From Diadema antillarum (lineage: Eukaryota), in contig NW_027270912.1 in assembly GCF_040938485.1 (NCBI RefSeq), positions 620,001-684,000 on the forward strand: a stretch of 64,000 bases of DNA, given 5' to 3'. The notes under the pieces are model-generated. The model saw only the letters and a list, made by a program, of their open reading frames with translations. It was not told the origin of the DNA and searched no databases. Positions 63,758-64,000 of the stretch are shown here, in pieces (position 1 is the first letter of the stretch; every line of letters starts with the position of its first letter). A program made the translations under genes and the position numbers.

Positions 63758-64000
63758 ATGGATGCAGCCAGGATAGCCGACATGATTGACTCTAAAGTCA
63801 ATCAGAGCCAAAACCGTCTTTTATCAGACCTCGATAATTTAATTTCAAACAGACTGAGCAATTTTCAGCAATCTTTGAATGAATCCCAGAAAGCTCTCAG
63901 TGACGCGCAAGTAGCCAAAATTGAAGAAATGCATACTGACAACTACAAATTTCAACGCAAGGGCAACGAGGAGCAATTCAAAATCAACATCAAAGTTCAG
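63758..64000 (+). mobile_element. 5' part of ORF1 (gag-like) of a Ngaro/DIRS tyrosine-recombinase retrotransposon, inside a sulfatase intron and antisense to it
   Basis: Uninterrupted frame from ATG 63758 to the window end: MDAARIADMIDSKVNQSQNRLLSDLDNLISNRLSNFQQSLNESQKALSDAQVAKIEEMHTDNYKFQRKGNEEQFKINIKVQ. The coiled coil followed by YKFxRKGNEEQFKxN resembles Ngaro ORF1 as recalled; not verified by search. Confidence 0.7.

Overview
AT-rich, intron-containing animal genomic DNA, probably from a marine invertebrate deuterostome such as a sea urchin (inferred from the repeat families only). It has one assembly gap (4617-4751). I assembled five protein-coding genes by hand from GT-AG splice sites with consistent reading phase. 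(1, 2) A head-to-head inverted duplicate pair of mARC (MOSC-domain molybdoenzyme) genes: copy A on the minus strand runs off the left edge, and copy B on the plus strand is complete at 332 aa. (3) A complete C1D gene (minus, 6 exons, 142 aa). (4) A mucin-like type I membrane protein (plus, 5 coding exons) with a dileucine/acidic-cluster tail. (5) The last exon of a steryl-sulfatase-like arylsulfatase (minus). The rest is introns and intergenic DNA packed with non-autonomous transposons (TTAA-flanked Kolobok-like, Tc1/mariner-like and Harbinger-like MITEs, Helentron/DINE-1-like elements), LINE fragments, a Penelope-like fragment with a hammerhead-like motif, a tRNA-headed fold-back element, and the start of a Ngaro/DIRS retrotransposon at the right edge. 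Most ORFs in the supplied track are chance frames. The strongest leads are three. First, the mARC paralogs differ at the conserved active-site Asp (Asp in B, Asn in A), with amino-acid change concentrated in exon 4. Second, a 29-nt micro-exon could switch the mucin-like protein between membrane-bound and secreted forms. Third, a perfect 147-bp tRNA-derived inverted repeat sits inside an mARC intron. All counts are by hand and no database searches were run.
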